DNA of 64,000 bases from NCBI RefSeq assembly GCF_963921235.1, contig NC_086108.1, forward strand, positions 71,116,001 to 71,180,000, read 5' to 3'. This stretch comes from Mobula hypostoma. Its lineage: Eukaryota. Made by a program: the position numbers and the translations under genes. Position 1 is the first letter of the stretch. Each line of letters starts with the position of its first letter. Shown piece after piece: positions 24,485-36,405 of this stretch. The notes beneath the pieces were generated by a model that saw nothing but the letters and a program-made list of their open reading frames with translations, had not been told where the DNA came from and searched no databases.

Positions 24485-25059
24485 GCTTCACTTAAAAATG
24501 TGTGACTTTTTTTTCCTCCCCATGTTTTCTTTAGCTCAAATAATCATTGTGGTTCAGACAGAAATATATCTTTTAACATTTTCACCAATTGACTTGTAAA
24601 GAGATATTGTGAAATATACACTTATATGCAGATACCATAGTCTGTAATAAAGTATCATAAAGTTGAGATGCTCTGATTTAAAGCTGAACTGGGATAATGT
24701 TCGTTTGTAAAACCAGGTTTTAAGAATCATTAAGAAATAACTTGCATTAATAAAATGCCTAACAAGACATCAGAATGTTCAAAACTATTTAAGAATGAAG
24801 ACCTGTTTGGTGAGTGGTCAGTGTGCTGGAGAGTGATGTTTGTTTTGTGCACAACTAGATCCTGTACAGGAAAGATAAGTGACTATTGAAGTGCCTTTGT
24901 TTGTGTTCGGTAAGGATTAAATACTGCTTGGGTCACTGGCAATAGTCTCTGATATTTTTGAGTAGCTATGTGGAATCCTTATTTTGTTCACTTGGATGTA
25001 GATGAGTAGACAGAGGAATAGGAAATGGAACTTAATTTTAATTTTTTTTTTAACTTATT

Positions 25060-25302
25060 AAGTGAGGTACTGCGCAGAATAGACCTTCCAGTCCTTTAAG
25101 GCAAGCCACCTTGCATTTCCCCTAATTTAATCCTAGCCTATTCACGGGACAATTTACAATGGCCAGTTAACCTACCACCAGTGGGTCTTTGGACTGTGTG
25201 AGGAAACCCATGCAGTCGTGGGGAGAACATGCAAACTCCTTATGGGTAGTGGGAGGAACTGGTACTGCAAAGTGTTATGCTGACCACTATGCTACCGTGC
25301 CG
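25060..25302 (-). mobile_element. V-SINE-like (HE1-type) element, degenerate
   Basis: Minus-strand tRNA-like head cggcacggtagcatagtggtcagc and V-domain-like ggagtttgcatgttctcccc..tgcatgggtttcct. Confidence 0.65.
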
Positions 25303-25317
25303 TCTATCTTACATAAG

Positions 25318-25610
25318 TTAAAGTCTGTCCCGAGCCTTATAGGCTCATCAGGCCGGTGCTTATGCCGGTTTCCGTGGCGTGAAATGACTGAGAGTACGAG
25401 ACCCCCCCCCCCCCCCAGATAGGACACTAGTCTATCGCGAAGTTAACCCCCAGCATTTTGCCAGTACCCATTTTCAGCTGGGTGGACTGGAACAGTGTAT
25501 AGTTAATCGCCTTGCTCAAGGACACAACATGCTGCCTTGGCTGGGGCTCGAATGCACGACCTTCAGATCACTAGTCCGACGCCTTAACCACTTGGCCACG
25601 CACCACACTA
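25318..25610 (-). mobile_element. Full-length tRNA-derived SINE with 12-bp TSD ATCTTACATAAG
   Basis: A box TGGCCAAGTGG (25588-25598), B-box-like CATTCGAGCCC, central gtgtccttgagcaagg..ccacccagctgaaaatgggtac; TSD at 25306-25317 and 25611-25622. Confidence 0.88.
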
Positions 25611-27202
25611 ATCTTACATAAGAATCATCTGTGAATCCAATGGATTATAATTGTTTTACACTTTACACAGTGCTGTTTATCTCTGGGAACTAAATCAATG
25701 TTGTTTTTTCTGAGTTGGGTACTTGAGATTTCACTTCAGAAACCTGTGATATTGATCTGTGATAGACCAATGGTCTAGGACTTCTTGGAGGTAAGAATCC
25801 CAAATATACAATAGCCCATAAAATTTGAACATAAACACAGTGCCCAGTTTATTAGTACCTCCCCTACCTTAAAAAAAAGTGGCCATTGAGTGTATGTTTA
25901 TGATCTGTTGCTGTAGCCCGTCCACTTCAAGGTTTGACATGTTGTACATTCAGAGGTGCTCTTCTGCACACCACATGGCTATTTGAGTTACAGTCATCTT
26001 TTTGTCAGCTTGAAGCAATCTGGCCATTCTCTGACCTCTCTCATTAACGAGATGTTTTTGCCCATAGAACTGCCGGCTCACTGGATGTATTTTTTTGTTT
26101 CTTGCACCATTCTCTGAAAACTCAAGACAGTTGTGCATGAAAATCTCAGATTAGCAATTTCTGAGATATTCAAACTACCCCCATCTAGCACCAATTATCA
26201 TTCCATGGTCAAAGTCACTTAGATCACATTTTATGCCCGTTCTGAAGTTTAGTCTGAACAACAACTGAGCCTCTTGACCACGTCTGCATGCTTTTTTACA
26301 TTGAGTTGTTGCCACATGATTGGCTAATTAGATGATATTTACATTAACAAGCAGGTGTACCTATTAAAGTGGCCACTGAAAACTTCTGCTTGTTGACATG
26401 TGGGCAGGATTAAGTTCCTTTTGCGATTAAAAACACTGAAAACTTTCTAGAAAATTGTTCTTCTGAATTACTCGTGACGCTGTTTCCCCACCAGTGGTTT
26501 ACCTCCTTAATTTCAAGCTATTGGATCTCAGTTTGCTCTGGCAATTTCTTGGCTGGACCAATCTTTACCCAGCCTGTATGTGCCTACCTGTGAATTTCCT
26601 GTAGTGTACTTGCAACTCTGTAAGTGCCAATCAACCTTGAGGCCTGGAAACTGCAGCCACCCTGTGGAGAGAAGCTGGCTGCAGGTGACTGGGGCCACGC
26701 TGGTGGATCCTGAAACCCCATCCAGAAACACACTGATGGCCTTTATTAGGTTTCAACTATCTCTGATCATCACAGACATTTACATACAATTCTGTGAATC
26801 GCAAATAAAAAAACTTAAAATAAAATAAATGTAGGTAAGTGATTTACTGACGTTTATATATAAAGTTGATAACCATATTCAAGTAAATAGGGTTCTGCTA
26901 CTCACCTCAGGCCTGGCTGGTGCCAATATATAAGACTGCCTATGGCACTTTCACGCAGTATCACTGCAGTCTGCTTGCTGAAGTCCTTTAGAGTACTTTA
27001 ACTTCCACATTTCAAAGTATGGTAGTGAAAATGAACTGTCTGGAGGATGTCACTGCCGTTTGTCCAGGGAACTGCTGGTCAGACGTGATTACACAGCGGC
27101 CAATTATTTCCTTTGTTTCAGAAATTGTTTTTAAAACAGGATGGCTCAAAGTGTCAACTTCAGTTGAAATGTAAGCCCAAACTATGTTTAAGATTTCATT
27201 AT

Positions 27203-28997
27203 ATCATTCATCATTCAGGTGCCTTGCTGTTCGGCATAGTCTCTCATGTCTCTCCATCCATCACGGTCCCTGACCCTCCAAATTGTAGTTGTTGCCTCCT
27301 CTGTTTCTAACCATGATGTTATTCCATCTGTCATTTTCATTCTGTCTGCCTCTGCTTCTTTTTCCTTCCAGTTTTCCAGTTGTAACTAAATGTTCTATTG
27401 TCTCTCTTCACATGATGTGTCCAAAGAATTTTGATTGCTGTTTTCTGATTTTTTTAAGTAATGTATGTTTTGTTTTCATTCTCTGTAGAACTTCCTCGTT
27501 GGTTATTCTGTCCGTATATGATATGCATAGCATTCTTCTGAGGAACCACATCTCTGCTGCATTGATTCTTTCTTCCACTGCATTTGTGATGGTCCATGAC
27601 CCGCAGCCATACATCAATATAGACCGTAAGACAAAGGAGCAGAAGTCAGCCATTTGGCCCATCGAGTCTGCTCTGCCATTTTATCATGAGCTGATCCATT
27701 CTCCCATTTAGTCCCACTCCCTCGCCTTCTCACCATAACCTTTGATGCCCTGGCTACTCAGATACCTATCAATCTCTTAAATACACCCAATGACTTGGCC
27801 TCCACTGCTGCCCATGGCAACAAATTCCATAGATTCACCACCCTCTGACTAAAAAAATTTCTTTGCATTTCTGTTCTGAATGGGTGCCCTTTAATCCTTA
27901 AGTCATGCCCTCTTGTACTAAACTTCCCCATCATAGGAAACAATTTTGCCACATCCACTCTGTCCATACCTTTCAAAATTCGAAATGTTTCTATAAGGTC
28001 TCCCCTCATTCTTCTGAACTCCAAGGAATACAGTCCAAGAGCGGACAAACGTTCCTCATATGTTAACCCTCTCATTCCCGGAATCATTCTAGTGAATCTT
28101 CTCTGTACCCTCTCCAACGTCAGCACACCCTTTCTTAAATAAGGAGACCAAACCGCCCACAGTACTCCAAGTGAGGTCTCACCAGCGCCTTATAGAGCCT
28201 CAACATCACATCCCTTCCCCTATACTCTATTCTTCTAGAAATGAATGCCAACATTGCATTCGCCTTCTTCACTACCAACTCAACCTGGAGGTTAACTTTA
28301 AGGGTATCCTGTACGAGGACTCCCAAGTCCCGTTGCATCTCAGAATATAGGAAGAATATAGCATCTGAGAGTTCTAAGGGGGATGTCAATTGCTATTTTC
28401 TTGTTTGTTAGGATGTTTCTCAGTTCTGTAAATGCTGTTCTTGCCATTGCTATTCTTGCTTTTATGTCTGTTTTGCATTTACCATCAGATGTTACCCGTG
28501 ATCCAAGGTGCTTGAAGTTGTGAACTTGTTTCAGGATTTCATTCCCCAATACGATCCTACAGTTTGCGATATCAGGTTTCTTTGATATTACCATTACTTC
28601 AGTTTTCTTTTTGTTTAAGGTTAGGCCAAGTCTTTCGCTCTCTGTGTTGATGGTAGATACTAGTTTCTGTAAATTTACTTCACTGTTTGCTATCAGTACT
28701 GTATCATCTGTATAGTGGAGGTTGTTGATATTGTATCCTCCTATACTTATTCCAGGTAGGTCTTATATGGTTCTTATGATGTTTTCACTGTACAGGGAGA
28801 ACAGGTCTGGTGATAGAACACAACCCTGTCTGACTCCTCGCTTTATTGGCTGATATTCACTAATCTTGTTGTCTATCCGTATAGCTGCCCTTTGTTGCCA
28901 GTAGAGATTCCTGATTATTCTCAGATCTTTTCCATCGATATTAATATCTTTAAGTATTTTCATGATGACTTGGTGTTTCACTGTGCCAAAGGCATTC
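27203..28997 (-). mobile_element. RTE-clade LINE 3' half, interrupted by CR1
   Basis: KRGVRQGCVLSPDLFSLY, FKHLGSRVTSDG, AEMWFLRRMLCISYTDRITNEEVL; (ATGA)n-like tail. Confidence 0.85.
27623..28343 (-). mobile_element. CR1 3' fragment inserted in the RTE, 7-bp TSD AATATAG
   Basis: TSD at 27616-27622 and 28344-28350; removing the insert restores RTE LRCYILPILMYGCGSW. Confidence 0.9.
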
Positions 28998-29904
28998 ATT
29001 TTAATAGTAATTAACCATTTCAGAAAATTTGAGGTGTACATCCACTCTACTTGACAATAATAAAGGCAGTTCACATTTGTGTCTTGAAAATGCAATTAAT
29101 TTGCAAATACAAAGGTCTAATTTTGAGACAATTTGCAGTTATCTGAACAAAGTAAACAAAATTAGAGTATACATTGATTCTAGGGACTAAAGGAAATGAT
29201 GTACACTGGGAAGATATGTTATATGATTTTATGCAAAGTGTCAATGACTGCAATAAATGGAAAATATGTCTAGGAATAAGGGGAGAAAAATAGTGATTGG
29301 AGGGCTGATGAGGATTGTGGTCTTTGATATTAGGTTCCTAGAATGGGGCAGAGGTGGGAAGAGGTTTGACTGGCTGGAGTATATTGCATTTTTGGTGTAG
29401 AGATGAACACTGGAGCTTCTAAGGGCTGGAAGTGGGTGATGGGGCTAGCTGGGCGATTGAATAGTTTGGGCTGGGGCTAGTGGATGTAGAGGTGTTGGGA
29501 CACCACGCAGATCAGTCATAGGATTTTTTAATATTTCCATTTCAGCGTAGAATGAATAATGAATATTATTCAAAAAATGCTCTTAAATGGCTACTCACAA
29601 GACAACGTAGACTAGTTTCCTGTACCAAAAGAAGCTTTGCACAATTAATGTCCACTTGATTTGCAAATGTGACAAGCCCCAAGATGTATTCCTTCTAATT
29701 TTCTGAGTGTTATGTAACGAATCATACCAGGTTATTGAATTTCTCTGGAGAAAAGTCCATTTTCAATTGTATGTAGCCAAATTAGGAGTGCTTTGCAATT
29801 AAATGTCTAGATCCCAATTTATTATTTTCAGCATTTTACTATGTAAAAAAATCTGAACCAATTTTATTCTATTACAAATTGATTACCCACTATCTAGGCA
29901 TATT

Positions 29905-30731
29905 CTGCGAATTAAATTTGCTGATGACTCTGCATTGATTGGCCTCATCTCAAACAATAACGAGGTGGCCTACAGGGAAAAAATATTCTCTGACACAGTG
30001 GTGTCAAGAAAACAACCCCTCAATGTTGCAAAAGCAAAGGAGCTGGTGGTGGTTGTGGATTACAGGAGGAATGGAGATGGGCTAACACCTATTGAAATCA
30101 ATGGATCTGGGGTTGAGAGAGTAAACAGCTTTAAGTTCCTCGGCATCCACATTACTGAGGACCTGGCGTGGTCTGTACACACCAGCTGTGTGGTGAAAAA
30201 GACACAACAGCGCCTCTTTCACCTCAGATAGTTGAGGAAGTTTAGTATGGGCCCCCAAATCCTAAGAACGTTCTACAGGGGCACAATTGAGAGCATCCTG
30301 ACAGGCTGCATCACTGCCTGGTGTGGGAACTGTACTTCCCTGAATTGCAGGATTCTGCCGAGAGTGATGTGGACAGCCCAGTGCATCTGTAGATGGGAAC
30401 TTCCCACTATTCAGGACATTTACAGAGACAGGTGTGAGAAAAGGACCTGAAGGATCATTGGGGACCCGAGTCACCCCAGCCACAAACTGTTCCAACTGCT
30501 ATCATCGGGAAACGGTACCGTAGCATGAAAGCCAGGACCAGCAGGCTCCGGGACAGTTTCTTCCATCAGGCCATCAGACTGATTAACTCACACTGATCTG
30601 AGTGTATTTCTATGTTACATTGACTGTTCTATTTATTATAAATTATAATGATTGCACACTTAGACGGAGATGTAACAGAAAGATTTTTACTCGTATGTGA
30701 AGGATGTAAGAAATAAAGCCAATTCAATTCA
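29905..30731 (+). mobile_element. Rex1/Babar-like LINE 3' fragment
   Basis: KFADDSALIGLIS, VERVNSFKFLGIHITEDL, TIESILTGCITAW; (CAATT)n tail. Confidence 0.8.
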
Positions 30732-30741
30732 AGATTAGTAA

Positions 30742-31584
30742 AGGAACTCAGCAGGTCAGGCAGCATCTATAGGAATGAGTAAGCAGTTGATGTTTCGGGC
30801 CGAGACCCTTCATCAGGACTGGAAAGGAAAGGGGAGGATGGGGGGAGGGGAGGAGAAGCTGGAAGGTGAAGCCTGTGGGTGGGGAGGAGGAATCAAGTAC
30901 GAAGCTGGGAGGTGATAAGTGGAAAAAGTAAAGGGCTGGAGATGAAGGGATCTGAGAGGAGAGGAGACCATGGGAGAAAGGGAAGGAGGAAGGGCACCGG
31001 TGGGGAGGGGGGGTGATGAGTAGTTGAAAACATAAGAGGCCAGAGTGGGAAATAAAAGGAGGAGGAGCAAAATAATTATCAGAAGATGGAGAAATCGATG
31101 TTCATGCCATAAGGTTGGAGGCTACCCAGATGGAATATGAGGTGTATCTCCTCCATCCTGAGAGTGGCCTCATCACGACAGAAGAAGAGGCCATAGCCTG
31201 AAATGTTAGAATGGGAATGGGGATAGGAATTGAAAGGGCTGGCCACCAGGTGGTGCTCAACAATGTGGTTCACCAATCTGTGTCGGGTCTCACCAACATG
31301 GAGGAGGCCACATTGGATACAGTAGGTGACCCCCACTGAACTCCATCTGCAAAAAGTGGGATTTCCACCTATCACCTCCCAGCTTCTTACTTCATCCCCC
31401 TCCCCCATCCATCTGGCTTCACCTATCACCTTCTAGCCTGTCTTCCTTCCCCTCCCCCACCTTCTTATTCTGGCTTTATCCCCTTTTCCTTTCCAGTCCT
31501 GGTGAAGGGTGTCAGCCCACAATTTTATTTGTTTCCGTAGATGCTGCCTGACCCGCTGGATTCCTCCAGCATTTTGTGTGTGTT
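30742..31584 (-). mobile_element. Penelope-like element: GIY-YIG endonuclease remnant between inverted pseudo-LTRs
   Basis: ORF 31079..31429 VTYCIQCGLLHVGETRHRL..EH..ASPFNS..LIFHLGSLQPYGMNIDF; 30742-30925 is the reverse complement of about 31363-31584. Confidence 0.82.
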
Positions 31585-32672
31585 AAGATATGATTCTATA
31601 AGGACACCCGTCAAGTCATTGCTTGACTCAGCTCTGGGATAACAAGCCCATAGCTTCCTCAAGTGTCAACTGAAGTGGATGGGATGGTAAAGAATTGGTC
31701 CGCACAGTACTTATACTTTTCTCAATTTGATGATGGTGTGTTTTGTTTTATTCCTCTGCTTATGGTACAACATGGGATTTACTAGGCATTTTTGCAGGGC
31801 ATTTTAGAATTGTATTCACGTATCCAACAATTATATATATACAAAGAGAGTTAGGAAAAGAAGCCAGTTCTATTCTGAACACCAGTCCATTGGAAGGAGG
31901 GAGTAAAACCAAACTACTGATTGGTTGATTGAAAGGTGCTAAGGCTTAGCTAAACCTTTGTGACTGCAAGGTTTCTACAGAGACTGTAAAAATAAACAGC
32001 AGAGCACGCTGGTCCTATTTGCACCAGAATCCTGGTAAGTATAAGGTGATGGACTAATGAAAGTAGGATATACCCTATGAATGGTCGAGCTCTAGGGTTC
32101 TATTTGAGGAACAGGACGACCTTGGTGTACAAGGATCCCTGAAGGTGACAGCAACAGTAGATAATGTAGTGAGAACATTGTTTGTGGTATTATAAGTGCA
32201 CCCAGAAAACATTTAGTAAGATTGTAAGCAGCCTGTAATATACAGCATATGGGTGAAATGAGCAGCAATGATTTGTGTCGAGCATAGAACAGTACAGTTG
32301 AGGAGCAGGCTATTTGGCCCACTATGTCTCTGCTAACCATTATACCAACCTACACTATTCCAGTTTGCCTGAATGTTTCTCATATCCCTCTATTCCCTGC
32401 CTGTTAATATGTCTACTGAAATGCATCTTAAACATTGCAATGGTATCTGCATCTACCACCTCCTTTGCCTCCAAGGGAGCCCTTCTTGTGCCCCAAAAAA
32501 CTTGATTGCAAATCATGTTTTAAACTTTCCTCCTCACTTTAGACTTGAGTTTTTGATATTTAACTTGTTCACTTGTTGCATCTATTTGTCTCGTTATTGG
32601 CTCCCAATGTGCAGCTGACCTTGTCTTCACAACAAACACTTTTAGTCTCTCTGGAAATACTTTCCAGTTATT

Positions 32673-33886
32673 TAGTCATAGTCATAGTCATACTTTATTG
32701 ATCCCGGGGTAACTGGTTTTCGTTACAATTGCGCCATAAATAATAAATAGTAATAAAACCATAAATAGTTAAACAGTAATATGTAAATTATGCCAGGAAG
32801 TAAGTCCAGGACCAGCCTATTGGCTCAGGGTGTCTGACCCTCCAAGGGAGGAGTTGTAAAGTTTGATGGCCACAGGCAGGAATGACTTCCTATGACGCTC
32901 TGTGTTGCATCTCAGTGGAATGAGTCTCTGGCTGAATGTACTCCTGTGCCCACCCAGTACATTATGTAGTGGATGGGAGACATTGTCCAAGATGGCATGC
33001 AACTTGGACAGCATCCTCTTTTCAGACACCACCGTCAGAGAGTCCTGTTCCATCCTCACAACATCACTGGCCTTACGAATGAGTTTGTTGATTCTGTCGG
33101 TGTCTGCTACCCTCAGCCTGCTGCCCCAGCACACAACAGCAAACATGATCGCAGACTCGTAGAACATCCTCAGCATCGTCCAGCAGATGTTAAAGGACCT
33201 CAGTCTCCTCAGGAAATAGAGATGGCTCTGACCCTTCTTTTTGACAGCCTCAGTGTTCTTAGAGCAGTCCAGTTTATTGTCAAATCGTACCCCAGGTATT
33301 TGTAATCCTCCACCATGTCCACACTGACCCCATGGATGGAAACAGGGGTCACCGGTACCTTAGCTCTCCTCAGGTCTACCACCAGCTCCTTAGTCTTTTT
33401 CACATTAAGCAGCAGATAATTCTGCTCACACCATGTGACAAAGTTTCCTACCGTAGCCCTGTACTCAGCCTTATTTCCCTTGCTGATGCATCCAACTATG
33501 GCAGAATCATCAGAAAATTTCTGAAAATGACAAGACTCTGTGCAGTAGTTGAAGTCCGAGGTGTAAATGGTGAAGAGAAAGGGAGACAAGACAGTCCTCT
33601 GTGGAGCCCCAGTGCTGCTCATCACTCGGTCGGACACACAGTGTTGCAAGCACACGAGAATCCATGATACCAGGGAAGCATCCACCTGCATCGCTGTCAG
33701 CTTCTCCCCCAGCAGAGCAGGGCGGATAGTGTTGAACGCACTGGAGAAGTCAAAAAACATGACCCTCACAGTGCTTGCTGGCTTGTCCAGGTGGGCATAG
33801 ACACGGTTCAGCAGGTAGACGATGGCATCCTCAACTCCTAGTCGGGGCTGGTAGGCGAACTGGAGGGGACCTAAGTGTGGCCTGAC
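32673..33886 (-). mobile_element. Rex1/Babar-like LINE RT fragment
   Basis: MFFDFSSAFNTI, GAPQRTVLSPFLFTIYTSD, QKFSDDSAIVG; (GACTAT)n tail. Confidence 0.88.
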
Positions 33887-34996
33887 TATTTATTATTTAG
33901 ATGTACCTGTACAGGTTAAATGTACTATTGTTGACCTGTTCCAACAGAGATCAGACTTTTGCATTTTCTTAAATGTGAAGTACCTGAATATTTGGTGCTA
34001 TAAAGAAACTAATCATATTAATTTTAGGAGTTCTGTACAGGAGAACAGATCTTCGAATGGAGGGAAGAATTCAAAAGGCTAGCAACTGTATGACTTTAAA
34101 TGAACATTTTGCCAGCTTTATGCAAGTTCTCTGGGAGCAGGTTAATCTTTTGAAAGGAATCCAAAGCATTGTGCACAATAGAACAACCCACTATTCTTTG
34201 GTCCTTTTCCCCTATTTTGAAATATTTTTCCAGATTCTCTATCTGAACATTAGAGGCAACATAAAATGTCTTTGCCATGTATACAACCTCTCTCCATCAT
34301 TAGAAAAGTATTGGATTACATTTAACCTGGAGGAATAAGTCTGAGAGTTGGATTTTGAAGCCTGTAATTAAACATTGAAAGGATTTGGGTTCATTTTGAT
34401 GATACAGCATTTGTATATAATTTTACATAGAAGATTCTCTTTTCCATTCACATCTTTGTTTTGATTGTCTGAATGATATTTATATTTAAGATGCAAATGA
34501 GTTCAGCACTAAAACATCTAATTTCCATTTTTGAAAATTTGGTTAATTGCTTCTGTTTCTAGTTGTATTGTTCTGCTATCAAGTTTATATTGGTGTTTAA
34601 CTGAGCAATAAATTGTCCAAACTTTTTAATGTACTTTAGTTATCCAGTAAACTATGTATCAGATTTACCAGTTGAATTAAACAGTAAAATTAGTGATGAA
34701 TTAATGAAATCAGTGATATCAGCCATTAAATTGTGATGTATTATGTTATCAAACATTACAAAACTTTTGTTTCAAAACCTTGCACATTCTGGGTAATCAA
34801 TAGGCCAAAGTACCAATGTGCTTGTTTCGGTTTGTATTTACTTTTATTTTTGCCCTGTCAAGTCAGTGTCCTATTGATTTTGAAGCTTAAAAGTGAGAGC
34901 TTTCTTTGAGGTTAGTGTTCTTTCATAGACTTTTATGTCCAAAGCGATCAAGGGATCATCACTCTTCTTGGATATTATTTACCTTGGAAACTGAAG

Positions 34997-35038
34997 ATGG
35001 CATTTTCTGCCATTTACTTTTTGGATAATAAAGGGCAG
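34997..35038 (+). CDS. AP-1 mu1-like subunit, coding exon 1 (MAFSAIYFLDNKGQ)
   Basis: aagATGG Kozak-like context, cag|gtgggt donor, 42 nt. Homologous to mu1A MSASAVYVLDLKGK. Confidence 0.9.
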
Positions 35039-36075
35039 GTGGGTTTCAGTTAAGACTGTATAGCTATAAAGTAAAAGTATTTGTATCTTCCATCTACTTC
35101 ATTATTTCCTCCTAAAGATTATCATATAAATCAATCACATGTATTAGAAATTTATGAAGTGTTACCATATTTCTCAATTTGCGTGCAATTTTTAATTTTG
35201 TAGTGTACGCATTAGTTGTTTTATCTGTTTTGATTTGTGTAAGACACACGTCCTACTTATTCATATTTAAAAGGTTGATTTTCTCTTGGATTCGATCTTC
35301 AGTTTTGAAAAAAAAAAGAACGAAGAATGTAACCTTACCATTGTGGTCTGTTTAATCACATAAAAATAAACATTTATTGCCTAAAGCAAGTGGTTACGAA
35401 CAAGACCAGATAGGAATTGTGCCCCACTCTATACCAGAAGGTGAATAAACAACCTGATATAATTGGTCCTGTTTTACTACTTGTTTTTCTGGGAGTACCA
35501 GACCATTCTCCACTACTTTCTTACACTTCATATCTGAAATTTGAACTATTGTTCAACTCAAGTGCAAAGTCATCAGGGGTAGATTTATACACTGCAGCAA
35601 GTTTAGACATATAGCTACTCAAACCTCTATATGTCAATATGTTCAAAATGACACGGCATCTTGGCTGCTTTCCTGCTTCATTCACAGTATAGTCAAATGA
35701 TGTGTCTATTTAATAATGTAAGATTGTCACAAGCAGCCTGATATATCTAGCTAAAAGGCCCACATACAGTACAATTAGGTTAATGTGCTATCTCACAAAT
35801 AAATCACAATTATTTGAATATAAACTGTTTTAATGCATCCATCATTCATTTCACCACCAACCCTACTCAATTTGGCTTAGTATTGTTTTGATAGCAACAT
35901 ATTTCTAGAAAGTTAATGAAAACTTTGCATACGGAGCATGAAGTTAATTTCTGAATTCATGTGGAGCAGAATTCACTATTTGGAATCATTTAACTATCAA
36001 TACAGTATAAGTATTTTCATGATTGAAATGACACAGTTTATGGCCAGTGATAAATTTTGTAGTACTGATTTACAG

Positions 36076-36232
36076 GTCCTTATCTCACGCAATTACCGAG
36101 GAGATGTTGAAATGTCAGTGATTGAGAAGTTCATGCCTTCACTTCTAAGGAATGAGGAGGATGGAGACTTGTGTCCTATTTTAAAGCAAGACCAAGTCTA
36201 TTTTCTATGGATTAAGTACAAAAACATCTACA
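36076..36232 (+). CDS. AP-1 mu1-like exon 2 (VLISRNYRGDVEMSVIEKFMPSLLRNEEDGDLCPILKQDQVYFLWIKYKNIY)
   Basis: tttacag| acceptor, ends at U12-type donor GTATCCTT, 157 nt. RNYRGDV motif of the mu1 longin domain. Confidence 0.95.
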
Positions 36233-36337
36233 GTATCCTTGAAATAAATTCAATTTAAGCAATTTTATTTGATAATGCCAGCATTTTCTACTTGGGCACG
36301 TGCTATGGAAGTTATAGAACCTTAACCTGAAATCCAG
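36233..36337 (+). other. U12-type (minor spliceosome) GT-AG intron, 105 nt
   Basis: 5' site GTATCCTT; branch site CCTTAAC at 36320-36326 ending 11 nt before the intron end; no polypyrimidine tract; flanking exons join in frame. Confidence 0.92.
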
Positions 36338-36405
36338 TGGTGTGTACAATAAAGAGAAACACCAACATTTCGTTGTCATTTTCATTTCTCTTCAAAGTAA
36401 AGCAG
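36338..36405 (+). CDS. AP-1 mu1-like exon 3 ((M)VCTIKRNTNISLSFSFLFKVKQ)
   Basis: ccag| acceptor, cag|gtaggc donor, 68 nt. Homologous to mu1A LVATSKKNACVSLVFSFLYKVVQ. Confidence 0.92.

Noticed and set aside
25325..25380. Hammerhead-like GAAA...CTGATGAG in the SINE 3' end (minus strand)
   Set aside because: No stem I or UH site lies between the GAAA hairpin and CUGAUGA, and no GAAA follows the second stem. The topology does not fit; these are ordinary SINE tail hairpins.
25535..25610. Genuine tRNA gene
   Set aside because: The B box is degenerate, and the sequence continues into a SINE body and tail bounded by a 12-bp TSD.
24500..34990. DPH2 or another gene between IPO13 and the mu1-like gene
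   Set aside because: No recognisable coding exons; the longer ORFs here are TE-derived. Small or non-coding exons cannot be excluded by eye.
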